Source: Carcharhinus longimanus (taxonomy: Eukaryota). From it: a stretch of DNA of 64,000 nt. A program made the translations under genes and the position numbers. The notes below the pieces were generated by a model, which was not told the origin of the DNA, made no database searches, and saw only the letters and a program-made list of their open reading frames with translations. The DNA lies in assembly GCA_030264375.1 (NCBI GenBank), contig JASCQW010000146.1, forward strand, positions 23,694,115 through 23,758,114. Direction: 5' to 3'. Position 1 is the first letter of the stretch, and each line of letters begins with the position of its first letter. Below are positions 9,318 through 20,435 of this stretch, in pieces.

Positions 9318-12251
9318 GGAATACTCCCCACTTGTCTGGATGAGTGCAGCTCCAACAACACTCAAGAAGCTCGAAGCCATCCAGGATAAAGCAGCCTGCT
9401 TGATCGCTACCCTTTCCACAAACATTCAATCCCTCCACCACCAACAAAGAGTGGAAGCCATGTACACCATCTATAAGATGCACTGCAGGAACTCACCAAG
9501 GTTCCTTTGACAGCACCTTCCAAATCCACAATCACTAATATCCAGCAGGTACCTGGGAACACCTCCACCTGGAATTTCCGCTCCAAGTCATTCACCATCC
9601 TGACATGGAAATATGTTGCCGGTCCTTCCCTGTCACTGGGTCAAAATCCTGGAATTCTCTCCCAAAGAGCACTGTATACGTGCCTACACATCAGGAACCC
9701 CTGCAGTTCAAGAAGGCTCTTCACCATCACCTGCTCAAGGGCAATTAGGAATGGGCAATAAATGATGGACTAGCCAGCGATACCCACATCCTGTAAAAAT
9801 GAATTTAAACAAAGAGCCTGTTTTTTGTTAAAGGAGGTAAATGGTTCTAAGATGATGACATTTATAACATTTAAAAATAAAATATTTTGTATGCCTCACG
9901 ATTTAATAACACTAACTAGTTGTTCGCACTAATGCCCACCCTGAATTGTGCTCAGGACTATTCTCAGTCCTAGACACAGCACCAGTTCCTAACAATCTGG
10001 CTTGTACCAGTAGTTTGGGTGGACCATGGGGGAAATATATGGGGGAGCTGTTCATCTCTTTCTTCCTCCAGTGCTAGAGTCATAGGTCTGCATTACTTCA
10101 CAAAAAGGGAATATTTTATCAGAAGCAATTAATGGCAATGGCAGGTATCAACAGTTAAAGCACCAGCAACAGGGAATGGACGGCCCAAAAAGACCTAGGT
10201 AGCTATGCCACTTGTAGTTTATCAGTTCATCTTTATTTGTGGGGTAAACCAGACATTAGTCCTTTTGTACCAGTGACTGTAACTGTCAATTACTGGATTA
10301 TAAATAATATTGGAAAATGCAGATTGAACAAGTAACAGACACATTTTATTAACTGGAAAACATTGTTGCGTGACCAAAAGAATTGTTTATTTTATGTTTT
10401 AAAAAAATGTTAAATAAAAAACTTGTAATTTGCGATATGCTGTTTGCTGCATTATTTTTACCGCTCAGTGACAGCGCCGCTCATACAAGCACAGACTGGA
10501 GGCTGATGGGTGCGCACAATAGTATTGGGGGGAGAAACTGCGCGTGTGAGTCAAGTGTGTTGTAAATCTATTGGCACTCTTACATGTTATGTTTCCGAGA
10601 CATCAGTGTGGAATGATTTAAGGATTGATGGATGTATGACCGCAATGAGCAATTTGTTTATGAAGTAATGTCAGGACAAAGTATCACAGAAACCAAGGAC
10701 AAGACTGGGTCATTTAACCTGTGGCACAATGTAATAACAGTAAAAAGTCTGACAACACCAGGTTTTAGTCCAACCTATTTATTTAAATAAATAGGTTGGA
10801 CTAAAACCTGGTGTTGTCAGACTTTTTACTGTTATTACATTGTGCCACAGGTTAAATGACCCAGTCTTGTCCTTGGTTTCTGTGATACTTTGTCCTGACA
10901 TTACTTCATAAACAAATTGCTCATTGCGGTCATACATCCATCAATCCTTAAATCATTCCACACTGATGTCTCGGAAACATAACATGTAAGAGTGCCAATA
11001 GATTTACAACACACTTGACTCACACGCGCAGTTTCTCCCCCCAATACTATTGTGCGCACCCATCAGCCTCCAGTCTGTGCTTGTATGAGCGGCGCTGTCA
11101 CTGAGCGGTAAAAATAATGCAGCAAACAGCATATCGCAAATTACAAGTTTTTTATTTAACATTTTTTTAAAACATAAAATAAACAATTCTTTTGGTCACG
11201 CAACAATGTTTTCCAGTTAATAAAATGTGTCTGTTACTTGTTCAATCTGCATTTTCCAATATTATTTATAATCCAGTAATTGACAGTTACAGTCACTGGT
11301 ACAAAAGGACTAATGTCTGGTTTACCCCACAAATAAAGATGAACTGATAAACTACAAGTGGCATAGCTACCTAGGTCTTTTTGGGCCGTCCATTCCCTGT
11401 TGCTGGTGCTTTAACTGTTGATACCTGCCATTGCCATTAATTGCTTCTGATAAAATATTCCCTTTTTGTGAAGTAATGCAGACCTATGACTCTAGCACTG
11501 GAGGAAGAAAGAGATGAACAGCTCCCCCATATATTTCCCCCATGGTCCACCCAAACTACTGGTACAAGCCAGATTGTTAGGAACTGGTGCTGTGTCTAGG
11601 ACTGAGAATAGTCCTGAGCACAATTCAGGGTGGGCATTAGTGCGAACAACTAGTTAGTGTTATTAAATCGTGAGGCATACAAAATATTTTATTTTTAAAT
11701 GTTATAAATGTCATCATCTTAGAACCATTTACCTCCTTTAACAAAAAACAGGCTCTTTGTTTAAATTCATTTTTACAGGATGTGGGTATCGCTGGCTAGT
11801 CCATCATTTATTGCCCATTCCTAATTGCCCTTGAGCAGGTGATGGTGAAGAGCCTTCTTGAACTGCAGGGGTTCCTGATGTGTAGGCACGTATACAGTGC
11901 TCTTTGGGAGAGAATTCCAGGATTTTGACCCAGTGACAGGGAAGGACCGGCAACATATTTCCATGTCAGGATGGTGAATGACTTGGAGCGGAAATTCCAG
12001 GTGGAGGTGTTCCCAGGTACCTGCTGGATATTAGTGATTGTGGATTTGGAAGGTGCTGTCAAAGGAACCTTGGTGAGTTCCTGCAGTGCATCTTATAGAT
12101 GGTGTACATGGCTTCCACTCTTTGTTGGTGGTGGAGGGATTGAATGTTTGTGGAAAGGGTAGCGATCAAGCAGGCTGCTTTATCCTGGATGGCTTCGAGC
12201 TTCTTGAGTGTTGTTGGAGCTGCACTCATCCAGACAAGTGGGGAGTATTCC
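9318..12251. repeat. Perfect spacer-less palindrome with 1467-bp arms (probable assembly fold-back)
   Basis: Axis between 10784 and 10785 (CTATTTATTT|AAATAAATAG). Mirrored ORFs are identical and their coordinates sum to 21569. The left arm starts exactly at the 100-N gap. Confidence 0.95.
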
Positions 12252-12385
12252 ATCACACTCCTGATTGTGGACAGGTTTTGGCAGGGGTCAGGAGGTGAGT
12301 TACTCATCGTAGGCTTCCTAGCCTTTGAACTGCTCTCTGGAAGCCTCAGTATTTATGTGGCTGGTCTAGTTCTGTTTCTTGCTTA
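11762..12385 (-). mobile_element. 3' end of a CR1-like LINE (mirrored at 9318-9807)
   Basis: Translates as IRSVMEYSPLVWMSAAPTTLKKLEAIQDKAACLI; 3' tail GGGCAATAAATGATGGACTAGCCAGCGATACCCACATCC. Confidence 0.85.
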
Positions 12386-12447
12386 GCAGCAACTGTATAA
12401 TCTTTCCCTCACATGGAATGTAGAAACATTATGGTAATTGGGGGTGG

Positions 12448-12656
12448 GGGTTGGATTCTCTGGCTTCCTTGCAGTGTGTTTCTCACAGCACGGAGGCAGC
12501 ATGTTGTTCATCGCTGGCAGGAGCCTCTGGTCCCACTGCTCTCAATGGGTTTTCCCATAGACACCACCCCACACCACCGGACAACCTGCAGGAGGGAGTA
12601 GGCCATCAGCAAGACCACAGGATTCCACAGGAGCAGACAGCCAGAGAATCACAGCC
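12448..12656. mobile_element. MITE-like element
   Basis: Imperfect TIR GGTTGGATTCTCTGG / CCAGAGAATCACAGCC. Confidence 0.55.
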
Positions 12657-14383
12657 AAGCTAACTAACAGATAGTTTAAAAACCCATTTGGTTTACATAA
12701 ATCCTTTAGGGAAGTAAATCTGCTTTGCTCTGGCAAATATGTGATTTCAGGTGGCAGCAATATGGTTGACTCTTAACGTCTTTCTGGGATAACCAAGTAC
12801 AAGTTACAATGGCAGCAAAGTTGAATAAGACTATAACTGGAAAGACTACCTAGTATCATTCAAAATGTCAAACTTGGACATGGCTAAGGCACACCTTGTA
12901 TATCCAGGTACAGAAAGGTGGGAGGGTGTGGGGTAAGAGGAGGTTGAAGAGGGGTTGGTGGAGCAGTAGAAAGATAGAACAAGAAAAGAAATACATTTTC
13001 TTAAAAAAAACATTTTTTTCAAATTTGTGAACTTTGTAAGCTGCATCTCCGTAGCTACACAAGAGATGGATACAATGGCACATAGACACAGTGGGAGGCT
13101 TAATTCTCTCATTGGAAGAGAAATGCATCAACTAAGGGAATTTCATTTGAAAAGATAGACTTTACATTTCTCAATTGAAATTTTGACAGGAATTTGGCAG
13201 TGATGTGTTAATGCCGTGTCATTCAGAATCACTGAAGAAGCAGATTCATTATCGTGGGATGACAAAAATATATCAGGCAATTCTGAGACCACGCCCACAG
13301 TTTGAAAGATGTTATAAAGAAAACATGAAATGTCCATCACCGCACTGTTCATACTTGAGTCTTACTCTTTATATGTACAATATATATGCTTCACAATGCG
13401 GAGCTCTTCAACGCAATACTAATAGATGTCATAAACTGACTATCATAATACACAAACCCCATAATAATCGTAATAAGTCAATAGAAAATCAGGCAAGACA
13501 ATTCAGAACAAGATATTCTCCTGCCCTTGTGCTGAAGTTACTGAAAGTGTCAGCTTGAGTCGATAGCACAAGCTGACTTTATGTCTCAAGCAAATGCTCT
13601 CATTAACATTAGTGAAGAGAGAAAAACATACACTCAGAGAAAGACAAAGACTTGAATCATTCTGATTCGTCTTATCTTCAGGCAGAGAAATGTAATGTTT
13701 CCTTAAGAAGTTTGTCAAGCAACCGTCCATTAAATTTGGAAACTCAGTAAAAGTATGATAGCACAAGACAACAAGCCAGTAGGCATCAATGGCCTCCCTG
13801 GTTTACTGCCTTGAAGAACAGTACTTCTATGCTCCGATTTTGACAGTAACAATGCAAGAGAACATTTGCTATAAAAATAAAGAAGTTATACATGGTGATA
13901 GATTTTTTTTGAAATAGTTAACATAGCTATTAATATTTTAAATCTAGTCGTCTCAGTAATATTTTGGTAACTGGGTGATTGCCCAGGTCACTGTGTGTTG
14001 CTCCCTCTTTAATCCAAGATACAATAATTTCTACACACCCATTGTACATTGCTTTAATATTTCAAATCACGATATGATACCAGCACACCATAATTCAAAA
14101 ACACATGACTCCTGTAAGTTGATCAGTTTCCAGATTTTGGAAATCCTCGAGGTCCCCTTAGAATTTTGGCATTAAAATGACATGAAAATTTCCTCAACTG
14201 AAGCATTAGGGAAGTATATCACAGATGAATACATGTGAGTAGAAAGGATATGATTGTGAAACTGTACACTTCCATTTATATTTCAAGAAAATATAAATAT
14301 TTTTTGAACTATCACAGAGATAAATATTTTTTGAATTAGCGCAGAGTCAATGTCCCTCAAAGGAGAAAGTAGATTTTTAAAGT

Positions 14384-14389
14384 TTTATT
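14384..14389 (-). promoter_or_regulatory. Candidate polyadenylation signal of GRHL3
   Basis: AATAAA on the minus strand ~590 nt downstream of the stop codon, followed by a pyrimidine/U-rich tract. Confidence 0.35.
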
Positions 14390-14977
14390 CCTCTGAGCAA
14401 TGAACTCTTCCACTTACTTCATGAGTACCGTAAAAACATTTTATAGCAATGGCTTTGTTATTCCTTGTAAAAATATTTTATATTGAAAAACCTGATGAAA
14501 ATTTGAAACCAGTTGAATTTGCAATTAAAAAGACACACATGCATTGCAGAGAAAGATGACTAACCATAATATCACACATTCAAATACACTGAAGTATACA
14601 ACTGACTGCCTAGTGATTCCATATATATTGTCCAACTAAGAAAAAATGTATCGGGCAGAGCATGTAGCACTTTTGACACTGGAGACTTGACAAGTTGAAT
14701 AGTATAAACAAATAAAGGAGGGAAAAAAAAGTTCTTCAATGATACAGGGCTTCACCCAACATGAGGATAGATTAAAAATTAGATAACATTGAGATCTTCA
14801 TGCTTGGCTTCAACAAGTCCATTTTTACAACTGGCCAGAAGAAAGTGATCTTGGATCCATATATTGAAAGCAGCTAATGGTATTTGTATCTGGAGAGAAG
14901 GAGAAGAGGTAGAGCAATAACTGGTGTGTTGCTAATTTTGAGGCTCCATTGACTTTGTCCATGAGTGCTGAAACTCT

Positions 14978-15092
14978 TTAAACCTCTTTAAGTGTTATCT
15001 GACAGCCTCCACTTATGTCTTTTATCTCCACCAAAAATGCAGCGTGGTTGCAGTAATGCTGCACGATGTTATCATCCATGTTTACCAAGATT
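14978..15092 (-). CDS. GRHL3: Grainyhead-like 3, last coding exon (dimerization domain)
   Basis: Acceptor TTTTCCCTCCCACAG|; (G)ILVNMDDNIVQHYCNHAAFLVEIKDISGGCQITLKEV*; TAA at 14980-14978; 115 nt. Confidence 0.95.
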
Positions 15093-15984
15093 CTGTGGGA
15101 GGGAAAATGAAAAATGAGCGTTAATTAGGGCTCATTAATTGCAGTCAAAGCTCTTAAGGCTAAAATAGGAACGCCACTCTCAAGGGATAGCTTCTCACCA
15201 CACGTGAGTCATGTGAAAAGCATTCAAAAGTACTTTTAAATAGCTTTTAATATGGCAACCTCCTTCACATGACGTGGCAAAGTGACTGAAACCGCAGTCT
15301 TCTATTTGATGAGTATTGTTTAATAAGCCTATAGGACACATGCTTCTAATGAGGAAGAACATTTTGAATTTGCACCTCCGCTCTGGTTTGGAATTCAATT
15401 CCATTCCTGCTTGTTGCAGATTCAGCTGCATCACAACAAGTTGCAACTTGCTTAGAGAGTCAGCGCTAAAGTGACACAACCAGCTTACAAGACTTATGAA
15501 TTCTAAATTTAAATACTAAATTCCATCAATAAACTGGGAACACCTGTTTTGATGTTCTTTCAATGAGTCATTGAGCAAGGCCCAGAATCAGTGCTCAGAT
15601 CAGTAAGGCCACATTCCAACCAAGTCACGAACAAACATTCCAAGGTGATTAACTATTTGTGTGCATTCATTTCCTCTTATTCACCTGCAGTCCCTTTTGC
15701 TTTGCAACATTTTTTTATTGAAATGATCAAACCCATAAATCATGTCTCAGTTTAATAATGCAGGCTCTTACACTGGCATTTTTATTATCAGCTTGAATAA
15801 ACACCTTGAGGAAGGTTTCAGGATCCTATTTGACTTCCTGTCCTACCTATTGTTCAATGTTAAAAATGTGTCCTGAAATATCATAAAATGGTGCAAGTTT
15901 AAGAATTTAACTAAGGACATTGTGAAGAAATACCATTCTCCAGATTTAAAAAAATGCAAAGAAACTTTGAACTTCACTGTGTAA

Positions 15985-16437
15985 TCATAGGATCGTAGAA
16001 TCCCTACAGTACAGAAGGACGCCATTTGGCCCNNNNNNNNNNNNNNNNNNNNNNNNNNNNNNNNNNNNNNNNNNNNNNNNNNNNNNNNNNNNNNNNNNNN
16101 NNNNNNNNNNNNNNNNNNNNNNNNNNNNNNNNTAGAATCCCTACAGTACAGAAGGACGCCATTTGGCCCATCGAGTCTGCACTGACCACACTCCCCCCAG
16201 GCACTATTCCCACAGAAGTCCCCACATGATTATCCTGCTAGTCCCTCGGACACTAGGGACAATTTAGCATGGCCAATCAACCTAACCTGCACACCTTTGG
16301 ACTGTGGGAAGAAACCAGGGCACCAGAAAGAAACCCAGGCAGGCACAGGGAGAATGGGCCAACTCCGAGCTTGGAATTGAACCCAGGTCCCTGGCGCTGT
16401 GAGGCAGCAGTGTTAACCACTGTGCCACTGTGTCGCC
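15985..16437 (-). mobile_element. HE1-type V-SINE
   Basis: tRNA-like head with A/B boxes, V-domain and ..CTGTAGGGATTCTA tail on the minus strand; tail duplicated across the gap. Confidence 0.85.
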
Positions 16438-16802
16438 GTACTGAGAATTTAATCATAACATAATGGCTTTCTGGAAATACAGTGGACAAAGGAGTGAAAA
16501 ACATTTTGAAAGAACAACACCAGCGCTATTTTGAGAATTTGTGATTGCTGTTAGCCTCTCCAGTTTACAAAGGTCTGTGTTGATCGGAGACAGTTTTGGT
16601 TTCGCAGCAGTGTATTTGTAGCGCACTTTACTCTGAAAGTCAACCAAATAGTATTGTGTGTGACACCACTTTCATGAGCTAGTCTGGGAATGCTGTTACA
16701 GAACTACAACTGTTGTCAGCTTAAAATATCTACTTGGACATTAAAATATAACAATCAAATAGAATTACAACACAAACGCAGATCATTTGACCCAAACAGC
16801 TT

Positions 16803-17694
16803 GGGTGAGATTTAGTGGGCTGTTTCACTGCAGGCTGCCAATTCCGTAATGGCTGTTAAATCTCAATACAGGGCTATAATGGGATGTACACGGGTGAGAT
16901 CTCGATTCGAGATCTTTCCCACCTCCTCTGCCGGTGACATAATCAGATTCGCTCACAGAAAGGGTGTGAACTTGATTCCCATGAAGTTAAATACAATTAA
17001 ACGCCTTGCACCGTAACACCTGGCCCCCGTGGAATGCCCCCTTCCCCTCGCCCTGTGCAGTGCGATGTCACACTGGTGAGAATCACTATTGGTTTTCAAA
17101 AGCAGAAACCAGTGGTAATGACCATGCCGAGGGTGCTGACGTGCCTGGAGCCCCCAGGAGCTGAGGCCAAGGCTGTACATTGTCCTCTGGTTCCCAAGTA
17201 GTGTGCCAGAGGACAGAAATGTGCCCCTAAGTGGCACTCGCATGGGGCACTGCTGGAGGTAACCCTCTTACATTGTGGTGGGAGGGTGGGGGGGTTCCCA
17301 TATGTGTAGTGGGTGAGATAAGAGAGAATAAGAGGGGTATGTGCTGGCGACGGAGGGGGAGAGTAAGGGAGAGTGCCCCTCTGATACTTCGTGGTGAGGG
17401 GCGGGTGGTCACTCCTAAGCAGGAGCAGTCTTCCATGGCTGCAGGGGGTTGAGAGGGAGTTTATTTTGTTTGCAGATCGGGGCACCTTGTAAAGATTATG
17501 GCTCAATCTCTGTGGAGTCAGCCACCCACCTCCATCAGGCCCTACTCCGGCGGAGCAAGCTATGCCCCAGATTTTTTTGTTGATGCAGTATCTGAGGATC
17601 TGGTCAGAAAACGTGGCCATACTTCTGGGCAGGAACACACTAATTTTCACTCAGAAACTGACACTTTGCCATTTTGTTGTAAAATTCCAGCCCC
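16803..17694. mobile_element. GC-rich non-autonomous DNA-transposon-like element
   Basis: Abrupt GC-rich block ending GTAAAATTCCAGCCC, the terminus shared by the local MITE families. Confidence 0.5.
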
Positions 17695-18254
17695 TTATAT
17701 TGGAGTTATCTTACACGCACAGTTGTATCTTCGATTTGTGTCAATAACTTGTTCATACTCGTTTCCTTCAACATCCTGCTAACTTATTCTTAAATGTTAG
17801 TATGGTCTTTGCTTCAGTTGCTAACTCCAGCAGCACATTGCACACTTGCCAGCTTCTGTTTAAGAAAGATTCTGCGCTCTCTGTTCTTTATCTCTTTTCC
17901 CTTCATTAGGTCCTTCAATCACTGGAGTCAAGACTTTTCTATATGTCCCTTCATACTTATTATGTTTTCAGAAATTGTTATCACATTGTAGACATTCTTA
18001 TTAATATAAAATTACTCTGCATTATATGGATTAGGCAAACTGGTACAAATTCAGAAGTAGTAAAGTGGGATGCAGATTCACCCTGTTGTTCGCCATCAGT
18101 GTCCATTTTATTCTTGCCTTTAATAGTCCATATAAATCCATGTATCCAGAAATGTATAAACACACCAATCAAGAAACAATCCAGGCCACAGGGGTACCCG
18201 CTCTGCCAAGATCCTTTTTGTTAAGCGTTAATAGTAAGTTGCGATAATGAAATA

Positions 18255-19115
18255 AGAATGTTATGATTGGATATGGACAGGTTAAGTGAATAGGGCTGCA
18301 TTTGGCAGCTTAATGTGGAAATGTGTGAGATTATCCACTTTGGTAGGAAAAAAAAACAACAGCAAGTTATTATCTAAATGGAGGGAAACTTCGGAGTGCT
18401 TCAGTGCAGAGGGGTCTGGGTGCCCTTGTGCATGAATTGCAGAAAACGATCATGCAAGTACAGCAGGTAATAAGGAAGGCAAATGGAATCTTGGTTAAAA
18501 GTTTGCTAAAGGAATAGAATATAAAAGTAGTGAAGTGTTGCTGCTCTGGTACAAGTGAGACCGCACTTGTGTACAGTTTTGGTTCCTTTACTTGAGTAGG
18601 GGTGTAGTTGCATAGGAGGCAGTTCAGAGGAGGTTCAGTGGACTGATTCCAGAGATGGGGGGTTTGTTTTACAAAGAGAGATTGGGCAGTTTAGGCCAAT
18701 ATTCTCTAGAGCTAAGAAGAATGAGAGGAGATCTAATTGAGGTGTACAAGATGATAAGGGAAATTGACAAAGTAGATGTGGAGAGGATGTTTCCTCTCGT
18801 GGAGCAATCTGGAGCAGGAGGTTATAGTTTTAGGATAAGGGGTGGCAGATTTAAAACAAAAGGAGGAAAACAATTTCTCTCAAAGGGCTCAGAATCTGGC
18901 ATTCATTACCCAGGAGCGTGATGGAGGCAGGGACATTGAGTAAATTTAAGGAAGAGGTGGACAGATTTTTAATTAGTAAGGATTGGAGGGGGCAATGGTG
19001 AACGGGCAGGAAAGCAGAGTTGAGGCCCAGCTGAGATTAACCACGATCATATTGAATGGCGGAGCAGGCACAAGGGGCAAAATTGTCTACTTCTGCTCCT
19101 AGCTCTTATGTTCTT
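18255..19115 (+). mobile_element. CR1 LINE 3' portion
   Basis: Translates as YKERLGSLGQYSLELRRMRGDLIEVYKMIR; ends in a CTTATGTTCTTA tail. Confidence 0.9.
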
Positions 19116-19561
19116 AATGGCATTACTTAAAATTCCCCAACCACTGATAACTCATAATGTCAGAGCTACCTCAGATGATATCAACTCTCAGTCCAAAATC
19201 TCCCTTTGAAAAGCATCAGATGCTGTATCACTTCGAAACCATAGAGCTTACTCATAGTTACATTGTGATTTAAATTCAATGTTACCCTTACCCCATCCAC
19301 CACTTCTCTATTACCCAGTAAATTTATCTATTTTTGTTACTACATAATTGTTCCATGTATTTGATTTGATTACTGAGTCTGCATAGGAACATTTTAATGT
19401 GAACCCGTGGTGCGGTCGATGAACCATTAAAATCCTGGTTCACTTTGGCGGGACTGGAAAACCCTGCTGACATGAAGGGCTGGAAAATTCCAGCCATCCT
19501 TGGACCGTGAACATGTTGCTTGAATGAAACACCATTATTACCAAGATACCATTATAATGTA

Positions 19562-19674
19562 GGGCATGGTCTCACCGGCCGTTCACGCCACGCTCCCACT
19601 GCAAAGAGGTCGAAGAATTTGTCAGCCGGGATCAGAGAATCCCGCTGGCGTGAATAGCCGAAGGATTTCGGCCA
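19562..19674. mobile_element. Short MITE-like element
   Basis: GGGCATGG..CGGCCGTTCACGCC / GGCGTGAATAGCCG..TTCGGCC inverted arms; similar to the element at ~63573-63695. Confidence 0.55.
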
Positions 19675-19896
19675 TTGTCTAAAAGAGAAAGTCACTCCAC
19701 AGATGCAAGTAATGACTACAATTATCCTAACTTCAGAGTTGTGTCTGATATAAAAATCTACAGCTGAAGAAAAGATTTCCTGTACTAGTCATTACTTCAA
19801 TCTGTGTGCTTAACAGCCCATTGGCAGTTGCTACTAATCTGGCAGTATAAATGAGATACATACAAAACAAGAGGTAAAATCTGTTCAATTACTCAC

Positions 19897-19961
19897 CCTT
19901 TCATACAGTTCTTGTAAACTTTGCAAATTCTCTCCTCAAGCAGTCCATACTTTTCTGAAAT
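19897..19961 (-). CDS. GRHL3: GRHL3 coding exon (65 nt)
   Basis: AG|ISEKYGLLEERICKVYKNCMK(G)|GTGAGT; phase 0 to 2. Confidence 0.95.
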
Positions 19962-20116
19962 CTAGGTCAAAAACATCAAAATACAATTGATCAAAGGGTC
20001 ATGCAAAATCACTTCAAATATCTGAGGTAATCTGTGCCTAATAAGTGTTGAAAACATGCAAAAGAATGATAACATATTTACTCAAAGTTTCTACTGTCCA
20101 TTGGGTGTGCTTAATT

Positions 20117-20435
20117 GTAGAATTACAGCATTCCTACAGTGCAGAAAGAGGCCATTCAGCCCATCAAGCCTGCACTGACAACAATCCCACCCAGGCCCTT
20201 TCATGTAACCCCATGTATTGACCCCGCTAATCTCCCTGAAACTAAGGGGCAATTTAGCATGGTTAATCCACCTAATCTGCACATTTTTGGAGCGTGGGAG
20301 GAAACTGGAGCACCCAGAGGAAACCCATGCAGACATGGGGAGAATGTGCAAACTCCAAACAAACAGACATGCAAGGCTGGAATTGAACTCGTATTCCTGG
20401 CGCTGTGAGCAGCAGTGCTAACCAGTATGTCACCT
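20117..20435 (-). mobile_element. HE1-type V-SINE
   Basis: Near full length: head, V-domain and tail. Confidence 0.9.

Noticed and set aside
10383-11186. Two identical 60-aa ORFs suggesting a duplicated gene
   Set aside because: Mirror images created by the palindrome; no coding features.
13550-13580. Small stem GTCAGCTTG/CAAGCTGAC in the possible extended GRHL3 3' UTR
   Set aside because: A 9-bp stem is within chance expectation, and the UTR extent is unknown.
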